Source of the DNA: an uncultured virus (IMG/VR IMGVR_UViG_3300005083_000004)
Lineage: Duplodnaviria > Heunggongvirae > Uroviricota > Caudoviricetes
Reading direction: 5' to 3' (one strand)
Length of the DNA: 64,000 nucleotides
Virus record (IMG/VR): IMGVR_UViG_3300005083_000004
Both the position numbers and the translations under genes were made by a program. Every line of letters starts with the position of its first letter. Position 1 is the first letter of the stretch. The notes below the pieces were generated by a model that was given only the letters and a program-made list of their open reading frames with translations, had not been told where the DNA came from and ran no database searches. Positions 30,816-40,306 of this stretch are shown here, in pieces.

Positions 30816-33800
30816 TTACCCGAATAATCCTGAAAAGAATGACCCAATTCCGGATACAACGGATCCAATTACTGATGCAACTTTTGCTCCAACGGATACA
30901 ACTGTCGATACAATTTTCGCTCCAACGGGTATAACTGCCGATACAACTTTCGCTCCAACGGATACAACTGTCGATACAACTTTCGCTCCAACGGATACAA
31001 CTGTCGATACAACTTTTGATGCAATTGATGATAGAATTGGAGAGCCACCAATACATGCTGTAACCCCAATACCAGCTGCGATGGTTATACCAGGATGTTC
31101 GGCTATCCATTCTACTGCTGATTGAATAGTATATTTAACTTTTCCAAAAATATCACCAATGACATTTTTAATATAACTAATGGGACCTGATGATACATTT
31201 TTTCCGAATGTGCTCTTAATTATCTTTGTCGTCTTTTTATCATCAACATCTAAAGCTGCAGCAATATTTTTAACATCTTTTGGTGTGTCACATTCGATGA
31301 TCTTATCTACTTTTTTAATTTTAGCTTCCTCGCCTTTCTTTGTAAAGAAAGGTAAGTTAGATATATATTTATCTATATATAGATCATTTATATCATAATC
31401 AAAAGTAATATATTTGTCTTCAACCACATTCGTAAATAATCTTAATACAATAATATCGACTTTTGAAAATAATTCACCATTTTCATCATCTATTAACTCA
31501 AAAATATAGTTAAATTTATTTTTTAAATCATCAAGTATAGGATTTACATTTTCATCATCTTTATCATCATCTTTATCATCGTTTTCATCATCGTCTTCAT
31601 CTTCATCTATCATAGCATATTTACTAATTCCAGATTCATCCATGTCATATGCGTTTATAAAATCTTGTTCAAGCTGTAACATATCTTCGTTTTCTTTGAT
31701 CTTATTATCATATTTTTTGATCTTATCATCATACTCTTCACTATCAGGATTATCTGAATCATCAATCAGATAACTCAGATCATATTTAACAACTAATTGA
31801 AGCATTTTATTAAATTCTTGTGATGCCTTATTTAATTTACCAGAATCAAAATATTTATTAAATGCATCGAACATAATATGAAAATCCTTAAGCTGTTGTC
31901 TTCCAAACAAACCTTCAATGATTTGTCCATTGGTCTTTCGTAAATTATTATATTTTTTCATATTAGAATTTATCTTATTTATTTTATTTTTTATTATTTG
32001 TCTATTTCTACGATTTCTTAGTTTTTCTAAGTGTTTTTTCCTATTGGCATTTATTTGTCTTTGTTGTTTTCTTACTTGTTTAAGGGTTAATTTTTTTTTC
32101 ATGATTGGTTTCCTCCTATCCAATTCATTTACATTTTGCTTAACATTTTTAGTCTCTTTTTTAGGTAATGCTATCTGTAATGCTTCATCAATTTGATCAT
32201 CATTATAATATTTTAATAAATATTTAGTAGGTAATATTTTCCGTGTACTAATAAGGACATTGGGAACAACATCTTTTAAACTATAATAGATTAAACTAGA
32301 AGATGAGTTTTCGTACCTAATAAGTTTATTCTTATTAGAAAACGATATGTTATTTAGAACTATATCCATTAATACAGGTTCATATGATCTATCAACATTT
32401 TTTAGATATGATTGGTATTTTAATCGAGTTCGACTAAGTAAATCGTTTAGATCTATTTCTTTATCGGTTTCTATATTTACTATAGCTGGCGATATAAATT
32501 GATCAAATGTAATTAACTTTTCTTGTGTCTTTGTAAAAGCTAATACAACATTATTATATTTATTTATAAATACAAAATACGTTGAAATTGGAGCATTCTT
32601 AAATTTTGTTATAAATGAATCTGCATTATTAATAATAAATTGATCTACAGAGCTTTCTTTAATATTAATAACCAAAGTATCATTAACATGTCTGAAACAT
32701 TGTTTATATTGTGGATCCTTTTTTACCATCGGAACATATTGTATACCTTTATTAGATATAATATAATAAAATTTGTCATTCCTACTGTCATGCTGCATAA
32801 TAGGTTGGATAGTTGAATTGATAATAGAACTTTCGTTAGCTATTAAATCAATTGATTTATTTGTCATATTCATAATAAAAATCTCCTTTGTATTATAATT
32901 ATAATACGTATGTCTCGATGATGTATCATTAATTAATGCATTCATATCTGATATTAGATATGATTTAATTTTATCATCATTAATTAAATACATCATTTCA
33001 AGACGAGCATTTATTTTATTTTTTCGGATGTCTAAAGATCCAATATATACATCATCTCCAAACACCCATACTCGAGAATGTTCAAGAGCATCCGGATGAT
33101 AGAAACGATGTATTCTGAGATTATCAGGTTGATCATCAATAATTTTCGGATGAATGAATCCCGATCGACAAACAATATCAACTTGAGCTCCTTTTTTAGC
33201 TGCTAATATTAATTCAATCAAAATTTCATCACAATCAAAACTATTACATTTAATGAAGATTCTACCGTTTGGTTTGGATTCCCTTCTAATATATTTCAAA
33301 ATATATGTAGTCATATTATTTTGAGTAATCAATATATTTTCATTCCCAAGGTAATCCCAAGGTATATTCTTTTCATTATGACTAAATATCGATTTCATTA
33401 TTGTTATAATCATATTGATATCGATAGGATTAGTTATTTCAAGAATATAATCTTCATATAGATACTGGGTATCTTCATTCCAATTTCCAGTAGAAATTAT
33501 ACTTCCACATATATTTCCCTCCCATGCAATTACTTTTAAATGAGCTTTAAGATCTCGAAACACAAAGACCTCGGCGCCGAGGTCTTTGAATTCTTGTATT
33601 AAAATATTATTGTAATTCTCATCACCTCTAGCTTTATTTTCAATTATTAATGAAACCTTTTTTCCATTTTTAATGGCTTTAATTAATAATTTTTTATAAA
33701 TCGAATCATTTTTTGATATTCTATATATTGTTATCCAGATTCTATCAATATTTGGATCATCAACAATACTTTCTAATCTTTTAAAAATACAATTGAGACT

Positions 33801-34403
33801 CTGTTTAGTATTAAAACCGGGATATGCCGTTTTTATAAATATAGGCATATTTGATTCATCTATAATCTGTGTACGATTAATCATTGGATAATCTTTATAT
33901 TTATATGAATCTGAATTACTCTGATCTATGGTTAATGTTATATACATCTTTAATTTATGATACATATCAATCAATTCATTATCTGTTTCGGCATCTTCAT
34001 CAAGTTTTCTTAACATTTCATCAATGATCTCAATTGCAGCTTTTCGGAACATAGATCTTTGACATCTGTTGAAATCGTTGTTTTGAGATTGAAATATTAA
34101 TGTTAATATTTGTACTATATTTAACACTTTTCGATTTATATAATCAAATGGTAATTTGTAATTAAATAAATGACGATTATTTATATCTAATTGATAACCG
34201 ATTTGATTATATAATTTAAAGAATTGATTATGTAAATCATGCATAACATCATTACCAATAACCATTTTTTTCAATTTTGATTGTTTTGTTATAATGTCAT
34301 CACTTAAGTTATAGAAATTATTTTTTATATTTATTTGATCTAATTTTTGATTAGATAGCAAATTAATATAACTGAAGATCCTATTTTCATACTTGACATT
34401 CAT
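30816..34403 (-). CDS. Polyphosphate kinase 1-like (PLD fold) N-terminal region fused to uncharacterised modules and a hydrophobic repeat tail
   Basis: ITIYRISKNDSI, IENKARGDENYN, LKAHLKV, ISTGNWNE, IKCNSF, LEHSRVWVF, YIGSLD...RLE match PPK1 motifs within the first ~490 aa. Confidence 0.8.
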   Translation of the reverse strand: MNVKYENRIFSYINLLSNQKLDQINIKNNFYNLSDDIITKQSKLKKMVIGNDVMHDLHNQFFKLYNQIGYQLDINNRHLFNYKLPFDYINRKVLNIVQILTLIFQSQNNDFNRCQRSMFRKAAIEIIDEMLRKLDEDAETDNELIDMYHKLKMYITLTIDQSNSDSYKYKDYPMINRTQIIDESNMPIFIKTAYPGFNTKQSLNCIFKRLESIVDDPNIDRIWITIYRISKNDSIYKKLLIKAIKNGKKVSLIIENKARGDENYNNILIQEFKDLGAEVFVFRDLKAHLKVIAWEGNICGSIISTGNWNEDTQYLYEDYILEITNPIDINMIITIMKSIFSHNEKNIPWDYLGNENILITQNNMTTYILKYIRRESKPNGRIFIKCNSFDCDEILIELILAAKKGAQVDIVCRSGFIHPKIIDDQPDNLRIHRFYHPDALEHSRVWVFGDDVYIGSLDIRKNKINARLEMMYLINDDKIKSYLISDMNALINDTSSRHTYYNYNTKEIFIMNMTNKSIDLIANESSIINSTIQPIMQHDSRNDKFYYIISNKGIQYVPMVKKDPQYKQCFRHVNDTLVINIKESSVDQFIINNADSFITKFKNAPISTYFVFINKYNNVVLAFTKTQEKLITFDQFISPAIVNIETDKEIDLNDLLSRTRLKYQSYLKNVDRSYEPVLMDIVLNNISFSNKNKLIRYENSSSSLIYYSLKDVVPNVLISTRKILPTKYLLKYYNDDQIDEALQIALPKKETKNVKQNVNELDRRKPIMKKKLTLKQVRKQQRQINANRKKHLEKLRNRRNRQIIKNKINKINSNMKKYNNLRKTNGQIIEGLFGRQQLKDFHIMFDAFNKYFDSGKLNKASQEFNKMLQLVVKYDLSYLIDDSDNPDSEEYDDKIKKYDNKIKENEDMLQLEQDFINAYDMDESGISKYAMIDEDEDDDENDDKDDDKDDENVNPILDDLKNKFNYIFELIDDENGELFSKVDIIVLRLFTNVVEDKYITFDYDINDLYIDKYISNLPFFTKKGEEAKIKKVDKIIECDTPKDVKNIAAALDVDDKKTTKIIKSTFGKNVSSGPISYIKNVIGDIFGKVKYTIQSAVEWIAEHPGITIAAGIGVTACIGGSPILSSIASKVVSTVVSVGAKVVSTVVSVGAKVVSAVIPVGAKIVSTVVSVGAKVASVIGSVVSGIGSFFSGLFG
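30874..31017 (-). repeat. 33-bp tandem repeat (11-aa unit VGAKVVSTVVS), about 4 copies
   Basis: Plus-strand unit GATACAACTTTCGCTCCAACGGATACAACTGTC, repeated with few changes. Confidence 0.9.
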
Positions 34404-34474
34404 AACGCAATCCTTTATTTTGTATTTATTTTTCTATATATATAATNNAAAATAAATATGTAGGAGAATAAGAA

Positions 34475-35284
34475 ATGAATATTTTACGTGATTATTTGTT
34501 TAACACTCAATCCAAAATTATTAGATTCAATAATGACAGTACTGAATTTGTCTTTAGTTCAATATTAGCAGGATTTGCAATAAGTCTTGGAGCAGCATTA
34601 AGTTGGAGCGCATCAGTAAACATAACCGATCCATTAATACAATCAATTGTACGATCCGCTATATTTCCGATAGCACTAATATTAATCCTTGGATACAAAT
34701 TAGAATTGTTCACTGGAAATGTATTAACAATATTATATATCGGGAAACATTTTACTATTAAGAATTATATCACTCTATTATTTATGACTCTTATTGGAAA
34801 TATTGTTGGAACCTTCATGGCTGCATTCTGTTTTTCTTTAATGGATTTAATATTAAGAATTACACCTACTGAGGCATTTACCAATTTATATGTATCAAAA
34901 AATACTATTGAATCGACACCAATTGAAATTTTAAAAGTGATTGGTGAAAGTATTATGGCAAACATTATGGTGTGTACAGCTGTATTATATAATTCATTAA
35001 ACAAATCGAAAATTAGCAAATTGATATGCACATATGTATGTGTCTTTATATTCGTATTTGCTGGTTTTAGACATAGTATTGCTGATTCATATTATGTGGT
35101 ATTTTCATTAGATATTTTTGGATCTGCAGCTAGTAACATACCGTTGTTACAAAGATTATCCGATATAAACTATATACTTATTTTATTTGAAGCATTTTTC
35201 AATTTTATAGGAGGTATCATTCTTATATTTTTGACTGGTATACTTCGTATGATAATCAAAAATATGAATTCAAAGAGAGATTAA
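34475..35284 (+). CDS. Formate/nitrite transporter (FNT family channel)
   Basis: LAGFAISLG, FPIALIL, ELFTGN, GNIVG, ANIMVC, FVFAGFRHSIAD; multiple TM segments. Confidence 0.9.
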   Translation: MNILRDYLFNTQSKIIRFNNDSTEFVFSSILAGFAISLGAALSWSASVNITDPLIQSIVRSAIFPIALILILGYKLELFTGNVLTILYIGKHFTIKNYITLLFMTLIGNIVGTFMAAFCFSLMDLILRITPTEAFTNLYVSKNTIESTPIEILKVIGESIMANIMVCTAVLYNSLNKSKISKLICTYVCVFIFVFAGFRHSIADSYYVVFSLDIFGSAASNIPLLQRLSDINYILILFEAFFNFIGGIILIFLTGILRMIIKNMNSKRD

Positions 35285-35326
35285 AAAATCTCTCTTTTAT
35301 TTTTTATATAAGGAAAAAATAATATT

Positions 35327-35860
35327 ATGAATAAAATATATTTAACAAAAAATGGAATCATTGAAGAATCTATAGTAGATGGTCCAGGACTTAGAATGGT
35401 TATTTTTATGGCAGGATGCCCACATCAATGTGATGGATGTCATAATCCTACAAGTTGGGATATTACAAAAGGAATTGAATATCAAATAAATGATTTATTT
35501 GATATTATCCAATCCGAGTTCCATGAACCAAGTATATTATCAGGAATAACAATTTCTGGTGGTGAACCATTTATGCAGTATGAAGCATTATATGAATTAT
35601 TAAATAAAATTAAATTTATCAAAAGAGATGAGAAAATAAACATTTGGGTATATACAGGATATGTATTTGAAGAATTAATATCTATGGAAAAAATATATAC
35701 AGATATTTTAAAATATATTGATGTTTTAGTTGATGGAAAATATATTAAATCGAAATATATAGAGAAAAAATTAAAATGGATAGGTTCATCAAATCAAAGA
35801 ATAATAGATTTAAATAAAACATTTAAATTTGGAAAAATAGAATTACTTGATATAGAGTAG
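35327..35860 (+). CDS. nrdG: Anaerobic ribonucleotide reductase activating enzyme (radical SAM)
   Basis: SIVDGPGLR, GCPHQCDGCHNP, GITISGGEP, IWVYTGY, DVLVDGKY, GSSNQRII. Confidence 0.92.
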   Translation: MNKIYLTKNGIIEESIVDGPGLRMVIFMAGCPHQCDGCHNPTSWDITKGIEYQINDLFDIIQSEFHEPSILSGITISGGEPFMQYEALYELLNKIKFIKRDEKINIWVYTGYVFEELISMEKIYTDILKYIDVLVDGKYIKSKYIEKKLKWIGSSNQRIIDLNKTFKFGKIELLDIE

Positions 35861-35936
35861 GGAAAAATTCCCTACTCTATATTTATTCATTAATTACTTT
35901 ACTAAATTAATTAATAAATATAAAGGTATTTCTTTA

Positions 35937-36194
35937 ATGATTTCATTAATTTTAACAATATTGATCAGTATATGTACAATATATAGTTATATACCTCAAT
36001 TAATTCAATTATTAAAATTTAAAAGCAGTAGAGATATCAATTTACAAAGTTATATTATATCTATTATTATATGTATTTTATATTTGATATATTATATCAT
36101 TTATAATAATGATACATATTTGATTTTTTTATGTTTAATTCAAGTCATATTATTAATATGGACAACATATCTTATTATAATATATAAAAAATAA
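35937..36194 (+). CDS. PQ-loop / SemiSWEET-like 3-TM transporter
   Basis: 85 aa, very hydrophobic; YIPQLIQLLKFKSSRDI motif. Confidence 0.75.
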   Translation: MISLILTILISICTIYSYIPQLIQLLKFKSSRDINLQSYIISIIICILYLIYYIIYNNDTYLIFLCLIQVILLIWTTYLIIIYKK

Positions 36195-36244
36195 TAAATT
36201 ATATATTATAATATTGAAGTTATAATAATTTAAGGAGATTAATT

Positions 36245-37087
36245 ATGAAAATAACAAATACAAATGTCTATAATATAGACAATGCTATTAGAGGTATGCG
36301 TAACCCAATGAATAGTTGGAATAATTCAGATTCATATTGGTCACATTCTAACAATAGAGATTTTAGTTACTATGTTATTGGCCCAAATGATATGAAACTG
36401 ATAAAAAGTCTTATAGGAAATACAGAAAACAAACAAATTGCTATTGGAGAAAAAATTAAAAAATTATTAGACGATGCTGTTCTTAATAATATAACGTTCA
36501 ATAATGATGTTCTACCTGAAGATATTCATGATACAGTTCTAAATACTATTATTGAAAATATTCCAAAACAATATAATGGATCAGAACATGCAAAATTCTT
36601 AAGACAAATATTTGTCTCATGTGATATTGATGCTCCATTATATTTTTGGAGTGAGATGGATACCTATAAAGTTGGCACTACAGCTAATTCAACGTCGACA
36701 ATGCATCGTATTGTAAAAGATGGTGTATCCAAAGATGATTTTGAACAAATTGATGCTAAGACTATGGACGGTCTCCAAGTTGATAAATATGCAATACCCG
36801 TAAATTTAGATATTGTAAGAGAACAGATATTTGAAGATATTTTAATATATTTTAAAGAGTTAAAAGATCTTTCAAATAGATATCCAGAAAGAATTAATGA
36901 TATAAGGAGATTAATGAAAGAGGTTCTTCCAACTTCTTTTAAACAGAAAAGAACATGGACTGCAAATTATGCAGTCGTTAGAAATATATATCATCAAAGA
37001 AAAAATCATAGACTTCTAGAATGGAGTAAAGTATTTGTAGATTGGGTGTATTCTTTACCATATGCAGAAGAGTTTATAATTTCTTAA
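36245..37087 (+). CDS. ThyX-like (flavin-dependent thymidylate synthase fold) phage protein
   Basis: HAKFLRQI, APLYFWSEMDTY, LPTSF...TANY...QRKNHRLLEW; lacks the canonical RHR motif. Confidence 0.55.
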   Translation: MKITNTNVYNIDNAIRGMRNPMNSWNNSDSYWSHSNNRDFSYYVIGPNDMKLIKSLIGNTENKQIAIGEKIKKLLDDAVLNNITFNNDVLPEDIHDTVLNTIIENIPKQYNGSEHAKFLRQIFVSCDIDAPLYFWSEMDTYKVGTTANSTSTMHRIVKDGVSKDDFEQIDAKTMDGLQVDKYAIPVNLDIVREQIFEDILIYFKELKDLSNRYPERINDIRRLMKEVLPTSFKQKRTWTANYAVVRNIYHQRKNHRLLEWSKVFVDWVYSLPYAEEFIIS

Positions 37088-37122
37088 ATTCATTTTTCAT
37101 AAGAAAGGAGTTAAAAAATATA

Positions 37123-37527
37123 ATGTTATTTTATACTAATAATTTAGCAATAAATGAAAATGATAATAGCTTATTTCAGTCAATAAATAAATTTATGATG
37201 AAACATATATCTGAAGAAAATGATAATTCATTGATAATACATGATTCTCTTTCTGGAAGAATATATGTAGTTTTTGTTATGGAGGAATTAATTATTCAAT
37301 GTAATAGTAAATATAATGATACTGCTATCATTAATGTAATATATCGTGAGTTATATTCAAAAGTGATTAAAAAGCATAACTTGAACCTTAATGAAATCTC
37401 GATTGCACGCTGTATCAAATATTTTCTCAGTAGAAATAATATTCGTATGCCAATATCTGAATATATTTACAATATGTATCATAAAGTGATTTGTCATTTA
37501 ACAAATGATTTGACCGTATATCAATAA
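37123..37527 (+). CDS. Hypothetical protein
   Basis: Likely start ATG 37123 after AAAGGAG. Confidence 0.6.
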   Translation: MLFYTNNLAINENDNSLFQSINKFMMKHISEENDNSLIIHDSLSGRIYVVFVMEELIIQCNSKYNDTAIINVIYRELYSKVIKKHNLNLNEISIARCIKYFLSRNNIRMPISEYIYNMYHKVICHLTNDLTVYQ

Positions 37528-37647
37528 ATTAAAAAAAAAGAGATTATTATAATCTCCTTTTTTTTTAATTTATTGATATAAAATATTTGCCATATCAATA
37601 CAACTCAATAAAAAAATATTAATATTATAAAGGAGGAATTGACATAT

Positions 37648-38430
37648 ATGAAATATATTGAAATTTATCATATAAATGATTACTCATTTGAAGACACAGT
37701 TGATAGTTTAAAACCGAGCTGTGCCATACGATATAATGTAAAATATGTAACAGTAATTCCAAATAAAACTCATGATGCAATATTAACAACTAATTTTTAT
37801 GAATGTGATGATTCAATTATTAACACAAAAGACAATGATGATATTAAGCCTGCAATATTAATGAATACTATTATGATTATTCCAACACAGTCAACAAATT
37901 TCAAACAAACTGAATTGATCAAACCATCATCTACAAATATTGAATTGGATATACCAAATGAATATTATCAAGATATTCAATCATATTTATTGAAAGTAAA
38001 AAGAACTGTATCATCAAGATTTGATAATGATGAGATTCAATTTAATATCGAATATTATGATAAACATATTAATCCTGTTCCTGAACAAGTTGTTCATTTA
38101 TGTCGAGATATATTGGTAGATAAATTACAAAGTAATGATATTGTTATTAAAGATTGTAAAGGATTAAATCAAACTATATTTTTTAATAAAATATCAGAAA
38201 ATGAGATATATTATAAAATGAATCAAATTGAAAATAACATTAAAAATTTCTTTCAATCAACTATGGATAATTTTGATAGTTTCAGTAGAACACTAGATAT
38301 GTTATTAATGTTATATAAGAATGATGTTAATAATAATCATGATCATGATATATCAAATATTATGAAAGATTATGATTCATTCATAAAATATATTGAATCA
38401 ATTCGTCAAGAATTACAAAATAATTTATAA
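37648..38430 (+). CDS. Hypothetical protein
   Basis: AAGGAGG RBS; start at TTG 37639 or ATG 37648. Confidence 0.65.
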   Translation: MKYIEIYHINDYSFEDTVDSLKPSCAIRYNVKYVTVIPNKTHDAILTTNFYECDDSIINTKDNDDIKPAILMNTIMIIPTQSTNFKQTELIKPSSTNIELDIPNEYYQDIQSYLLKVKRTVSSRFDNDEIQFNIEYYDKHINPVPEQVVHLCRDILVDKLQSNDIVIKDCKGLNQTIFFNKISENEIYYKMNQIENNIKNFFQSTMDNFDSFSRTLDMLLMLYKNDVNNNHDHDISNIMKDYDSFIKYIESIRQELQNNL

Positions 38431-38455
38431 ATTAATTTAATTATAGGAGATAATA

Positions 38456-40282
38456 ATGAAACTAAATAAAGTTACTATTACAAATAAAATATTTAAAGTT
38501 TTTACAAAAAACGAAGTTCCTATAAAATCTTTTGATTTATTATTAAACTTAAATAGAATTATACCTCAAGAGTATGTTATTGATAATGAATTAACTGAAT
38601 TAGATATTATTAAATTTGAAATACGTAATATATTTATGACAATTCATAGTACCGAAATTAGTAAATATTATGAATACTCTAACTATGAAGAAATTATGAA
38701 GTATTATGATGAACATACGATTGTTCCCGATTATTGGTTTATGTGCATTAGTCGGGCAATATCATATATGTGTCATAATCAAGATTATTATAAAGATATA
38801 TCCATATTGTGTATTTTCCCTCATAGTATTAATATATATTCAATTGATATGAAAGATTATTCAATCCGTTATGTTAAACAATTTGATGGTAATATTGATG
38901 ATATTTATAATCATAATGATTATTATATAGATTTTAATTTACTAAGTGAATACAACACACTTTTTACTTTACCAATATTTCATTTATATAAATATGCTGT
39001 TGATTTATATAATAAAATATGGACCAATGATAATATTCCAGTATTATCAGAAATGAAAAATTTTTTATATGATGAATGGAATGAATATCATAATGATATT
39101 TTCAGATATGAAAGTATTCATTTCAAAATGGATATAATAAAGAAAAATATTCACTGGATTAATGGTGTATTATTTGGATATTTTCAATTTGATTTTGATA
39201 TATTACGAACAATAGTATGGGAATCATTAGAGAATGAATTTGATGTAGAGATAGATGTTGAAAAAGAATATCAATCATATATAAATAATTCACCTGGAAA
39301 TTATATTTCATTCAAAATACCCATATCACAAAATCATGATGGATCATATATATTTTATGATTATAATCTTCCGATTTTATTTCATGCTGATACTGATATA
39401 TCATTTTTTAAAATATCGAATACTTATCTCAAAATCGGTGAAAAAATATATATTGAATATAATGGTATCTATTATGAAAAACAAGTTAAGAAAATAATAG
39501 ATGATCAAATAATATGGGAAAATCCTTTCATGATAACAATGATTGATAAAAATGATTTACCTGCTAAATATAATGATGATGTGCAAAATGTTATGGCACA
39601 AGGAATTGTTAAATATATATTACTATTTGGATCTCGAATAATAAATAATAGTGATAATTTCTTAAGAATGGTTTATAATAATATAATTAATGCTTTTCGT
39701 TTTGTAGATAAAGTAAAAAATGATCATTATCAAATGAACGATAGAATATATATGCATGACTTACAATTGTATATTGATAAGAATAAATATAATGATTCAA
39801 TCATATTACCAATTATAAAATCTGAAGATTTACGAATTGATTATTATTTAAAAGAAGAATTAAAAAAATATCAATCATTGGAAACATTTGTGTCAGATTT
39901 TAAAAAAAATGAACATACGATGAACTTATATTTTGATAACGATATATCTGCATTAGTAAAACAAATTATTCCATATAATGACAAAATTAACTGTTATAGA
40001 ATATTTGATAACACAACAGGAAATTTTTGTTATATATGTTTAAAACATGATAGTGATATAGAACAATATAGTGAATTATTAAGTGAAATGAATAATAATC
40101 ATCAATTTACTTTATCTAAAGAATGTGAATGTGATTCTTCATATATAATAGTTCCAAGAAATTATATTAGATTCAATGATATAATGTTGTATCAAAATTA
40201 TCATAATATTGATGAACAATTTTTGGGGAATAGATCATTTTATGAATTATTAGCTATTGATGATAATACAGATTTATTCTAA
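38456..40282 (+). CDS. Hypothetical protein upstream of the radical SAM gene
   Basis: 608 aa; AGGAG RBS; same orientation as the rSAM gene with a 24-nt gap. Confidence 0.7.
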   Translation: MKLNKVTITNKIFKVFTKNEVPIKSFDLLLNLNRIIPQEYVIDNELTELDIIKFEIRNIFMTIHSTEISKYYEYSNYEEIMKYYDEHTIVPDYWFMCISRAISYMCHNQDYYKDISILCIFPHSINIYSIDMKDYSIRYVKQFDGNIDDIYNHNDYYIDFNLLSEYNTLFTLPIFHLYKYAVDLYNKIWTNDNIPVLSEMKNFLYDEWNEYHNDIFRYESIHFKMDIIKKNIHWINGVLFGYFQFDFDILRTIVWESLENEFDVEIDVEKEYQSYINNSPGNYISFKIPISQNHDGSYIFYDYNLPILFHADTDISFFKISNTYLKIGEKIYIEYNGIYYEKQVKKIIDDQIIWENPFMITMIDKNDLPAKYNDDVQNVMAQGIVKYILLFGSRIINNSDNFLRMVYNNIINAFRFVDKVKNDHYQMNDRIYMHDLQLYIDKNKYNDSIILPIIKSEDLRIDYYLKEELKKYQSLETFVSDFKKNEHTMNLYFDNDISALVKQIIPYNDKINCYRIFDNTTGNFCYICLKHDSDIEQYSELLSEMNNNHQFTLSKECECDSSYIIVPRNYIRFNDIMLYQNYHNIDEQFLGNRSFYELLAIDDNTDLF

Positions 40283-40306
40283 ATAATTAAAAAAGGAGAT
40301 AATGTA

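Noticed and set aside
30796..31110. Repeat-derived ORFs (104 aa, 66 aa) or a CRISPR-like array
   Set aside because: The 33-bp units are contiguous without spacers and lie in frame within the 1195-aa gene; no cas genes
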